Below are positions 25,293 through 36,917 of a DNA stretch of 64,000 bases, one piece after another. Origin of the DNA: Diadema antillarum (lineage: Eukaryota). How positions within the stretch are numbered: the stretch's first letter is position 1; each line of letters begins with the position of its first letter. The notes under the pieces were generated by a model that saw only the letters and a program-made list of their open reading frames with translations, had not been told where the DNA came from and did no database searches. The DNA is taken from NCBI RefSeq assembly GCF_040938485.1, contig NW_027270980.1, positions 868,001 to 932,000 of the forward strand. The letters run 5' to 3'. The position numbers were made by a program, and so were the translations under genes.

Positions 25293-28200
25293 CAGGACAC
25301 CTCATACCCCTCCCCCTAGAAAAAATGATTATGTCGTCATTACTCTGTACGGTAGGATGCAAGCTATCTCCTGCGTAATTGCGCACCACTCCATTGCACA
25401 GCAATGTGCACCACGGAAGCAATTGATTGTAGGCACTTGATCTATGCAGGAGCACATTTTAGTGAGACTCCACAATTCCCCAATCAGCTGACCCAATTAA
25501 GGCCACCAAATTGATGTATGGAAACCCAATTCCATAATACCCCCTATACCTGCACAGCACTGCTAGATGAAGAAGAAGAGAAAAGTCAGAATGAAATCGC
25601 ATCTCAAGAACATGTCCTCGGAGTAACCAGAGTCTACAGTCGCAGCTTATTGCAGCAGTCGGTTCAACCAATCGTCACGACTACTAGTGGTGGCACAGAC
25701 TGCATTTTGTGCGTGCCGCAGACTGCGTTTTGTGTGTTCCGCTTTAAATGTTCTGAAATGGAAGTGGCCTAGGCACATGCATGGAGGGAACATGAAATGA
25801 CAGCTAAATTTGTTGGAAGTCAACAGGCCGTCATTACAAAGAAGACCACTTCAGGATTTTACTCTGTGCTCTCCTACACATTAAAATAAAACATAAACCA
25901 GGAGTCAAATTAATTGGCTCATATAAACTGTGCAGAAATGCACTTGGATGCACTAAAATGCTACAAAACACAAAGGAAATCAACTTGCCATTTCCGGCAA
26001 ATGATTGAGGAAATACTGGGGAGGTCTAAATTTACCTCCAGGGGGATCCATTATGTTTGGAAGCACTCAATGGCTCCCCCGTCATCCAGGTCTGTGCACA
26101 GATGTCAACTGAACGATCGAAGCATCACTATCGTGAAGGTGGGCAGCCAGAAATCATTTTGAAGATCAATCGAAGAAACGCTAGTGTACCACACGCGAAG
26201 GGTGATGAACAGCTAAAGGTTACAGCCATGAATTTCAACATAATTATGCAAGCCGTACCTGTGCCTCATTGAGGTCTGACCACCACTACTCATTAGAAAT
26301 TCATTTTAAATTTAGCGTTTGGCGCCGTGTCTGAAGAGATAGGTATCTTCAGTGCTAAAGTGAATTCCTTCTGCTTTCCTTACTCACTTACTCTGACTTT
26401 TTGGACTGACCTTTAGACCTACCCTGTGAACAAATATCAGTATGTCCATCTCAAATGTTCAAGCCCGGGGACACATAAAATACAGCCTGATAATACACCA
26501 CTTGTGTCAGTCTGCAATGGAAAAGGGCAAGAGAATTATAGATAGAAAGCTGTTTTGTGGGTGAGGGCAGACATCTTATACATGTTGCCCACTGATTTAT
26601 CTTGTCTAATTACACAAGGCATGAGTCAGTCCTTTCCAGTTAAAATGTTGCTTTCCATGTCCATTTATTTCAAGATGCTGTTTCACATTGTGGTAGCTTA
26701 TTGGCAATTCATGTGCAGTCACTACTACAACATCTGTAATTCTCACTTTGCTCACATACCAGTCTGATATGGTTTATGCAATACTTCAAGCCAGGTAAGG
26801 GGGGGGGGATTGATACCTTGCTGATAAACCTAGAACATAATCTCTCACTGATGTTCATATTTTGAAGCAAGTTTATTATAATTTTCGATCATACTTTACG
26901 CTTGTTTATTTTTTCATGCATTTTTCCTGTACAAAACATGAGACATTGGTATAACACAAGCACCTCAGGCATTTTTGACTGGGAAAACTGTGAAACAATG
27001 CCTTCAGTGAGTTGCAGGGCACTGTCATATTTCAACCAAAAAATCTGACAAGACAGCAATAGCCCTCTCCCCTGTCTCCCCCAACCTTCTTCTCATCATG
27101 GGTGTCATTTGTCCGACAGTATAGGGACATGATCGCAAATCGCTCTCTAAGAACTATCTCCAATGCTCCACTCCTCCTTATATGAAGCAGGGATTTATTT
27201 ACTGCCAATGTGCCTCCAGTCTGGGAGTTGCCAAGGGCTAAAAGCAATGAACAATGAGGGCAGTAGCAGAGATCGACTGAGAGAGGGAGGGATGGAGGGA
27301 GACGGAGAGAGAACATCTCCATCCTGGACAAGTGAAAATGTCCCTTTACTCTCTGGATGCGTGGCAGGCCAAGCGAGGGAGATCGAGTGCGTGAACTAGT
27401 TTGACGTCGGTGTAACTGCAGTCAGTCACTAAGCGGGATGCCACGCAAAGGCACCGACCATCTCTATTCCTCTTCCCCATTCACTCACTGACTCTCAGAT
27501 GACTGCCCACTCGGTGTACCACTCAATCTCACCCAACGAGATGCAAAAAGCATTCGGATGGCACGATGCTAGGGCAGGAGACGGGAGCAGTAAATCGACG
27601 CCCCCTCCTTCCTCTACACTGCTCTCGCTAACTTGGCCCATGCTACATTACACATTAGTGCCTGCCCATTCTGGGATGAAATTTCAACGATATGTTGCTA
27701 TCACAAATGTTAGCAGTTAAAAACAAGATCACACACGGCATGTTAGCATTAATCATCCCCACTTTAGCGCATAGAAGCAGATTCCCAATCGGCCATTTCA
27801 CTTTACTAAACATTTGGATTATTCACATCCCTCGAAAAAGAAAGGTTATTCCTGAGAACTTGCTCGACATGGCAACAACCAATACATGGATACTGAAAAT
27901 GTAAAGTGGATTGAATAGCTTATTACAATGTTCTCAGAGGAAAAACAAAATATCCATGGACTTGCATACAATTCAACCAACCAACCAACCCTTTACTGTA
28001 CTATTCCTATCAGATGCACTCTGCCCCAGAAATCAGAAACTGAAGATAGAACTTGCTACCTACGATTGCATCTCAAATTGTACAGCGCAGACTGCATACA
28101 TAATCATGACTTAGGTCGACTGGCAGAAACCTCACAAAAACCACCAAGTAACCTTTGAGGTTGCTATGGGCACCCTCTGTTATGGCAGCATGCCGAACAC

Positions 28201-28511
28201 TTGAATATATAACTGAGTTACCACATTGCTAAAATGCAGACCAGTGCATCCACACAAGACCTGCACAGGCGCAACAATGTCGGCAGAACTTTTCTGACAG
28301 GATCTGAATAGGACTTGTTGTAGTTTCTTCATCTCCTCTTATGCAAAATAGGTGTATACCTGATTACTATATATACTAGGTGCATTCACACTGGTTGTCA
28401 ACATTCTCATCAGCGTAATACCATGGCAATTCACTCAGTATTGTTCTTATTCACAGAATACCATGGTATTTCTTGCCTGAAAGTACAGCTTTCTGCGATA
28501 CAGTGGACACG

Positions 28512-28707
28512 ACATTTGCTCCTGCGACAATTGCTCCAGTCTCATTTTCTATGAGGACCTAGCATTATGGTAAGGGTTGTGATGGAGTTTTAGCTAAAGT
28601 TTAATGTTTGCATTAGGATTAGGGTTAGGGTTATGTCTGTGGATAGAATTTATGTTTGGCTCAGCATGCAGATATTTCACGCGAGCAATTGTCGCAGGAG
28701 CAAATGT
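28512..28707. mobile_element. Palindromic non-autonomous element with 25-bp perfect inverted arms and an internal telomere-like tract
   Basis: ACATTTGCTCCTGCGACAATTGCTC (28512-28536) and GAGCAATTGTCGCAGGAGCAAATGT (28683-28707); TTAGGATTAGGGTTAGGGTTA at 28613-28633. Confidence 0.8.
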
Positions 28708-31700
28708 AATGGAACCCTGAGGTACATATCTCCTAAGGGAGGAAGACAGGAAGTGTGTCACATCACGTGAGAAATACACTGCTGTATGATCGCAATTCAA
28801 ACTCAAATCTCGAAATCAAATTTTGTGCTAAGTTTGAATTACTGCTCTGAATACCCAAGTATTCTGGGATGTACTAGTATTTTGCCGTGCACTTTGTGGT
28901 GGATATGTATTCCCACTACGAACTACCACGACCGCAGCATTTTTGCCGTAGATATGAACACACCTTATGACGCAAACACAGAAGCAAAGAAATTACCCAG
29001 GGCAGCAGAGAAGACACATCCACCCCTCAAATATCACTTTCAACCTCTCAATGCCTAGTCGAGCATAACTTCAGCACTGCCTCTTTCTTCCTCCCATGTT
29101 CTGGGAAAGCTGGTGGCTGGTGCTTATGTCTTCAGCCATGAATCATCCTCGTCTGATCTGACTCAGTCTAATTAAAAGGTACGAAAGAGATGCACGATAG
29201 AAACGGAAGATATCAGCTTCTCATCACCACCAGTCCCAGAAGCCAGGAGATGACGAATTTCGCAGCACATGAGCTTTGTTTTGGCGTATTACAGAAAAAA
29301 AAATAAAAGGAAAAGATCAAGAAATGATAAGACGGTAATAAACTTGGTCTTATTGAACTGTTCAATCAATCATCAAATTTTTATCATCACCAACAATATT
29401 GCTACTAAAGACTGAATATATTCCTTTAGTCCTTTGCGCAATAATTTTGGATAATCTGCCATATATGAAAGGGTATCAATTGAATCAACTTGCAGTGGAA
29501 AGAAGCATAACAGCTCTTGCTCTCTGATAAAAGAAAGACTTAGCAGCATTGAGAAACACGGATGGTCCGATTGAATCCATGACGTACCAACACTAACATT
29601 GGTATAGAGGACTTACTCTTCATCTTTTCTTTTAAAAAAGTAATAAGGTCTTCAATTCAGTGGTCAAACACAAGGTCTCAAAGTGATTTCCCCACCAACC
29701 CCATTTTCGAAGTATGTGAAGTATATCAGTTCTTATAACAAACACAAGACAGTCAGAAATATTACAATGATTAAAAGCAATGTGGTTAGAAAAAAAACCA
29801 TTAAATATCTTGAATGTACAGTTTTGCCTGTGTAAATTGTAAATGTAATAAATTTTAGGCTGTACATTGCCAATGTACATTGCAAATAGGCTGTTTTAAA
29901 CAATCTGCAATAGGCTTCGGATCTTGTTATTTTCGCAATGAATGTGACAGGCTCGATGGGGAATTATCAGCAAGATTCTGGCCGGAGAGCCTTTCAATTC
30001 CGCTCCAGCCTAATCTAACCTCGAGCTATCCTGGCACACTGCTGCCTCACCACTTCCCCCCTTCAGTGCACCAGGATGTTGCCACTTCCCTTTCCTTAGT
30101 CCCACAGGAGTAAACAAAGTGTAATGAGCGCTCATTTATTACACACTCAGCTCTATGCAACAGCAGGCTAAATTCTATTCCCCCCCCCCCCCACCCTTTT
30201 CGTGCCATATATGGTCCTTGCCTTTGCTATACTTACTGCATAGTCATGTGACTGGGTGTCATAAATAAATTGAAAAGTTAATAGACTTAGTAAATAACCG
30301 AAAGTTGATACTCAATGCTACAACAAATCCATCATAGCTGGTCACTCCCATCCAGAAACTAGAGAATGACTTTTGAATGAGTCCGTCTCAGCAAAGTCTA
30401 AAGGGAAAAGAAACTTGGTCATAAAGACCAAGTTCCATGAATCCATTTAAAGTGACACAACAGCCACCACATTCTTCTCCTTTACCCACAGATTCTCAAA
30501 GCAACTTGGAGAAGGGAGGATTCGGTGACAAAATTGAGGCATGCACAATGGTTCGGCCACACAAATCTGTCAAAACAAGGACTGTTTGTTAGCCACGGAG
30601 TTGGGGCAAATGGCAACAAGCACTTGTGATAATCAAACAATAGTGACAAGGATGAGTGACCACAGTGAAAAGCATTCCCGTGAGTGAGTCAAACGGATTG
30701 ATAGTGCACGCAACATTGGTTCGTAATTGAGCCCTCATTTTTTTTTTTCAATGCTGTGCACAGCAGTACCACACAAGGGCCAGGTGAAATTGAGCGGCCA
30801 AATTCATTGTGATGTGGAGATATATTGTGGATTCACGCATAGCATAATTTGCTGAATGGAGCCACCATTTGTGCATCGTCGTCGTCTCAGCAGCCACTGT
30901 TGGCAGTAGTTTTGAAAAGTTGTTGTTCTTTTCCATGTGTTCATGCCACAGTTGAACCCCTCTTTACCACCCCGATAGATCTCCCAGTGAATATAGTAAG
31001 GCAGAGAAATCTACTAGCGCCAACTCTAGAACAATCGTGTCCATCTTGCATTAACTTGTTTGGCTTACATGTACGAAAAAAACTGCTCACTTTTCTTCAA
31101 CATGGTATTAGGCCAATAGACTTCCCTCTTCCTCAGTATGGTACAAAGTCACATATAGATAACATAAACAGATGGAAAAGGGGAAAAATTAAGTATCATC
31201 TAAACATCAATTGATGTGTTTCTGCACCGGTTCAATGCCATTTCTTATTCTAAATCTTAATCAGCTGTCCTTATCTTTTTTCCACATTATAAATTCAGAG
31301 AGACTTGGACGTGACAGAAGTCAGCTTTATAATTATAGGGAAAGATAGTGTGGATGATGGACTCAGAAATTGCTCTTTCCATGAAGGAGAAGGGGAAAAT
31401 GGAACACATCTGTCGCTTTTACTGTATGGCATTAAATCATATACACCTCAGCATTTCAAAGTTTCATAGCAGGTTAAAGGGAAAGAAAGAAGCCTGGTAC
31501 AAATGTACCTGCTGGCAAACAATGTGGCGTAATGGATCACTTTATAATCTTCACACTGATCCCCACTCAAGTGGTGATATCTGACTTTTCGACAGAAACC
31601 AAAGTTACTTGGTCAACTCTGGTGCAGTAGCCTGAAGTGGCACACTGACCAATAATGGGCAAACAAGGCTGAAAAAATATATAGTGAGATAGTCACGAAA

Positions 31701-33888
31701 AAAAAGAAGAAAAATATCAAGGAGCAAACCTTAAAAGTGACAGAGCCAGTTTAGATTTGAAATATAATCTTAGAAAATAATTGAATCATGTGTGATAAAC
31801 ACATTAACTATTTCTGAGAAAGATGTGTAATAGGAAACATCTTGGGTTTGCTTGAAAACCAGGGAATAGTACCTTGAATCTCTCACCGCTGGTCTCCACT
31901 TTGCACACTATAAAAGAAGTGAAAATTTCAGTAGTTTTCAATCTTTGAAACTCACTTTATTTTTACCTGAGTAGGTATAGGGAAGTTCACTCTTAATATC
32001 ATGTCTACCAGACCTCGACATCACCCATGTGCTTTTAAAATGTCAAGAACAAGTCCATGCAGTGTCAAATCACAACTCTAGAACTGTTTACATGATACCT
32101 GCACCTGCTACAAACAAGAATTTCTGGATTTTCCACGACATTTCAATGACTTTTTACTGGAGGAAACTCGAGAACTCATGACCCTTTTGTAGCAACATCA
32201 TGTCAACTTTGGAATTCCGCACCAATAACATCTCAACACTTTGACATCATAATGATGGTAAGTCAGAAATACTTGCAGCAGTTACAAATGTGCTGGACTT
32301 CCTTACACTAATCTTTCAAGACTTCGAATGCACTATTAGTGATTTTTTTTTTTGTTTCAATGACTTTCCCAGGTTTTCGATAGCACCAAGAGCCGCGTGC
32401 TTAGAAATATTATTAGGGCGGTGTCCACCTCATTTTAATAGCTTCTTCCCTTCCCCAGCCCCCTTGTTTTCCTCTTTTCTTTTGGCCATGTTCATGCAAC
32501 ACAGGAATTGAAGCACAAACAAGCACTACCTCATTCAATACATTTGGCAAAAGAGTGCATCCGTCCATGCTTCATTGACTACATTTTAATAGTACGACAT
32601 GACTCCCCATGTGTGTACTAAAATAATGATCATTGCTCCTTTGTGTCTACCAATAGGAGCAGGATATTTGTGCAAGCATGACGCTAACAAGACTCCGCAC
32701 TCCGTGCATGGAATATGTATGCTGGCGCTTGCTGAGACATCAGTGATGATGTGTGAATAGACTTGAAATGGAATACAGCCGTGTTAACCGTTACACAATC
32801 ATCATCTTGAAAATCCTTTGATATAATATCTATACACGAGATTGAAAGGGCTATGATGGAGTCAATGTTCCATGATATAAAATGTCTGTACCACCTACGA
32901 TCTTTTTAACAACTAGGCCTACCCTGTTATATCTGTTCTCATCAGTTGCCAGTATCAGAAAATATATGAAACCTTTATTTATTACTTCTTCATACACATC
33001 ATCCAGTAAACATATGGCAAACTCAAATGCCCTGCAGTGCTGTACATTTGGACTTTAAATATCCTACACTATATCAAGCATGTGGTTCAATCTGGGTATT
33101 TTTTAATATGTCCTCAATAGAAGTGACATTCATCAAATTTATGGATGGCATTCTCATTGCATCATAATTTTACATGATATTTGGGGGTTATAGATCTCTA
33201 ACTTTCTCCCTTTTTTATCATTTAGATGAACACGAGAACAAAATTGGACCGTGCACAGCATGCTGCATGGAACATTTTGTGTGAGAATATCTCTCGCATG
33301 TATGTTCCTTGTCGCACTGCACCACAAATGTGTTTGCATGTGTCAGCCCCCTTTGTCCTACCACTGCCGCTGTGTTAAACTTGACACGCATGTAGGGTTA
33401 GAATGTCATACATGTGTGCAGGTCAAACAGGGTTACCTGTGCTTTTAGGAATGATTGCAAGTTGTTACTTTTTCTTCTCCCCCCCCCCCCCAGCCTTTGG
33501 TTTTCTTTTTCTATTTTTGTTCCCTCTCTTTTTTTTTTTAAAATCTCTGGTTGAAAAAATACCAGAACGGTCAGGTACAACCACTGAAGTATTCCATACC
33601 ATGAAAAATGCTGGGATTTTTGTTTATTTTCAGTGCATCTCCCTGACAAAAATAGCATCAATTCTTTTGCATTGTTTCTATAGAGATTACCAACGAAGCT
33701 GCACCATATTGTTTTAGTCAAGATATGATGTATGCTTGTACTTAGGTTGAAGAGTCAAGTCATGATTGATGTGCATATGAGAAATGTCATGGCTGAAAAT
33801 TAATCTACTCTTTTTTTTGGGGGGGGGGAGGGGGTGGGATGGGTGGAGTGAATGTAAGGGGGTCGGAATGGAAATCAGCATGGAAGGG

Positions 33889-33891
<3 letters not shown>

Positions 33892-33951
<60 letters not shown>
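33892..33951. repeat. (AC)30 microsatellite
   Basis: Read directly. Confidence 0.95.
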
Positions 33952-33954
<3 letters not shown>

Positions 33955-35153
33955 TGTCATTCGGTTTGTACAAATGGAGTCTTGTAACGCGATACGCCAT
34001 GTCGAGTTGGAATCAGAACCTCTTTTTGAGATGCCACATTTGCAGTTAAGGGTCTGCCTTCAAAAGCGCACCGATGTTTGCGCAAATATTAGCTCCAAAC
34101 ACCTCATGAAAACTGAAATATGCTATAAATATTTCAATGTTGAGGCATGTTTCAATTCTTTCTCATTACTTATTAATTTTTGTTGGACAAAACTACAGCA
34201 CTGGCAAATATTATCAAACCACATGGCAACCAATGCCAAATGATAATTGCTTTCAAAAGCAATCATGCTCAGAAAGACAACACACATCATGACAAGAGAC
34301 CAAAGGAATATTAAAGGAATGAATCACATTTACAGTAGGCAGCATTTCTGAAAATCAATTACCACTTCCAGGGGCACAACAGAGTAAAATATATGTATCT
34401 AAAGCATATTCCATATATTCACGCATTCACTGTCCCACCATGATCAATGGGGCCAGAGTCCCAAATAAAACATATAAATTAAAAAAAATTAGAAAAAAAT
34501 AAAATTCTGCATCAGTTCGAAGATTTTCAGTTTGGTGTATGTTCCATAAATGTTAGTATGTATACATATTTATGTAAAGACAGAGAAATAATGTGTGCAA
34601 ATATGAATTTTTCTTCATACATTTTCTGTTATGGATGTATGCCTATGTATATTGTATGTACGTAGATGCCTGTGTATCATACATACCCACATATACTATA
34701 CCCACACATTTGTATACACACATGCACATGCATACATTGTATGTACAATGCATAATGGCATACTGTTCATTACATTGCATTTGAATTAGTTTCATTGCAT
34801 TTGACCATTGTTACTAAAATGACTCAAATGGATTCATATTTCCCTCGCGGATACTTGGGCTAGCGCACTGCCTTGGGGCTTTCAGTTCAAAAATCAATTA
34901 CGTCTTCACACCACTCCATTTCCTAGTCACTAGTGACTCTGGCTCTGTCCAGGTCAAAATGGCCTCCCCGTGTTTTCCTAATTGCAATCGAGGTCAATCT
35001 GAAGATGGTTGGGTCTGGATGGATGAACAAGGGAAGAACAGGAGACTATTTCCCTCCCCCCCCCCCCCCCACACACACAAGCCAGTTTATACCAAAACTC
35101 AATAAAGAAATGATGTATAAAGAATCATTATAAAGACGACAGACTGTTCAGAT

Positions 35154-35529
35154 GTGGTTCAGACGCTCATCTCGACTGTTCTAGAAATCGTCGCATGGAT
35201 TCTACCACTGCGCGCATGTTGTTATGGTCCCGATGCGGCTGCCAGTGAGAGGAATAGGGTCACCTCATGTTAAGCCACACCCAGTTATATACCATTCTAT
35301 GGTTATCATATGTTCAGACGCACATTGAACACGATGGAATGCTGATTCATTATCGAGTTGTCGTTTGAAATGATGCTCTGACCGTCGTTACGTTACTTGT
35401 CGTTTCCTTATACGTCGTTTCATTAGTCAGCATTCAGACGTATAAATTCATCATATAGCTATAGGGTATACCGTTTTGGTATATGTAGCTATACCATTTT
35501 AGTATTAATTTTTTTGCGTCTGAACACCC
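35154..35529. mobile_element. Decayed PIF/Harbinger-like MITE
   Basis: GTGGTTCAGACGC near 35154-35166 and GCGTCTGAACACCC at 35516-35529; internal TTCAGACG repeats. Confidence 0.5.
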
Positions 35530-35839
35530 TGTATACTGCAGGCTTGGTGGGTGGTGGGAAGACCCTGGTTGGGATGATCCATGCCAAGGGGGAAGGCATC
35601 CTTCCCGGGAGATTGGTTGTCAACTCATTCACCAACTGTCCCATCTCCAAGGTTTCTTGGAACAAGTATGTTTGTAAAGACTCTGTTTTTAGGACTTGTT
35701 TGCATTCTGTTTTTGAGGATATATTTGTGTTCGGTATTGAGGATATGATTTGACAGGAACTATAAATATGTTTTCTTCTTTTAAAGAAACAGTGTTATAA
35801 TAAAACCCATCCAAGCAAAAATATCTCTATTACACGGCA

Positions 35840-36092
35840 TACTGTTTGCGCCATACATTTCGCAAGGTTTTCATTTTTGTGAAGTTAGTCAATTGGGTGC
35901 TATTTGTGAATGTTGCAACACGCGAAGATATTTACTCTGATCCCCACGTGAATGTGATGTGCATGTATTATGTGCATATTTCTCTGTTCATTACTTTACT
36001 CCACACACTTGAGAAATTAACCACTCATAAAATTGTTGGGAAGTCCCGATTCCAGAAGATTTAGACTCGCTAAATATATGACACATACAAGC
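35840..36092. mobile_element. TACTGT-type MITE, same family as 59098-59317
   Basis: Shares AGGTTTTCATTTTT, GAATGTGA.GTGCA, AATT.AACCACTC, GAAGTCCC and ATT.AGACTCGCTAAATA with the copy at 59.1 kb. Confidence 0.65.
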
Positions 36093-36820
36093 AGAGCACA
36101 GATGCTCAACATCAATGGTTTCTTAGTGGTACCCTTACTGTACTCGAGGCCGTGGTCCCTGCCCCCCCTCCCCATTTAATATGTATGAATATATATTGCA
36201 TACATATGCACAATCTATGGTGGAAATTGCACTCACAACTGCAGTCTTGAGGTGGTTCATCTTTTGATGATCTGGATATCAGTAACATATCAGAGATTTT
36301 ACAGTGCAGTAAAGAATTGTTCATCATGGGGATGACATTTTGCCCAACTGTATGTTCTTGCTTTTTTGTTTCAAGACACTTCGCTTTGGAAAAGAAATGG
36401 CTCACCATTTAGGCAAAACCAGTCTACAAATAGCTGTATATAACCAGTATAATATAATCAAATTAAAATACAATAAACTGTCAGTGTACCTTTAAAATCA
36501 GGCACAAAACAACTTGAACTGAGGATCAAAAACAAACTTTACTGTGGGACTGGGAATGAAAACATGACCACAAGAGACAGGCCCAGGAGTATAATGTCCT
36601 GGTTTCCTCATTAGCTACTGCTAGAATAGGGGTCAGAGTTCAAACCACATAATATGCAGTGGTACAGAATACTCTTCAAACTACTTCCTAGTATACAAAT
36701 ATCATTCAATAGTTATTTCTATGCTGCCTCTTCTTTCTATCCTTTTCTTTTTTTCTTAAACATCAAGACACCATCATCTCGGTTCTTCACATCTGTTTTG
36801 AGCCCATAGCTGGTACTCAC

Positions 36821-36917
36821 TTGCAATGTCCCTTTCACTTTCTTCACACATTTGCCTGTCGCTCATCATTTCTCGTATATTTTGCTCTTCACTCGGGAAG
36901 AGACGGCCGACAGGCAT
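36821..36917 (-). CDS. Candidate alternative first coding exon (MPVGRLFPSEEQNIREMMSDRQMCEESERDIA + 1 nt), phase-compatible with the nova exon
   Basis: ATG at 36917 with an in-frame upstream TGA and further in-frame ATGs at 36869/36866. Strong donor CAA|GTGAGT (GT at 36820-36819). 97 nt = 32 codons + 1 (phase 1). CpG-containing sequence lies upstream (36930-37330). No homology recognised. Confidence 0.33.

Noticed and set aside
28613-28633. TTAGGG tract considered as a true telomere or chromosome fusion scar
   Set aside because: Only about 3 units, and embedded between the inverted arms of a small element.
36560-36650. GTTCAAACC B-box-like motif (tRNA/SINE?)
   Set aside because: No A-box at proper spacing, no cloverleaf, no second copy.
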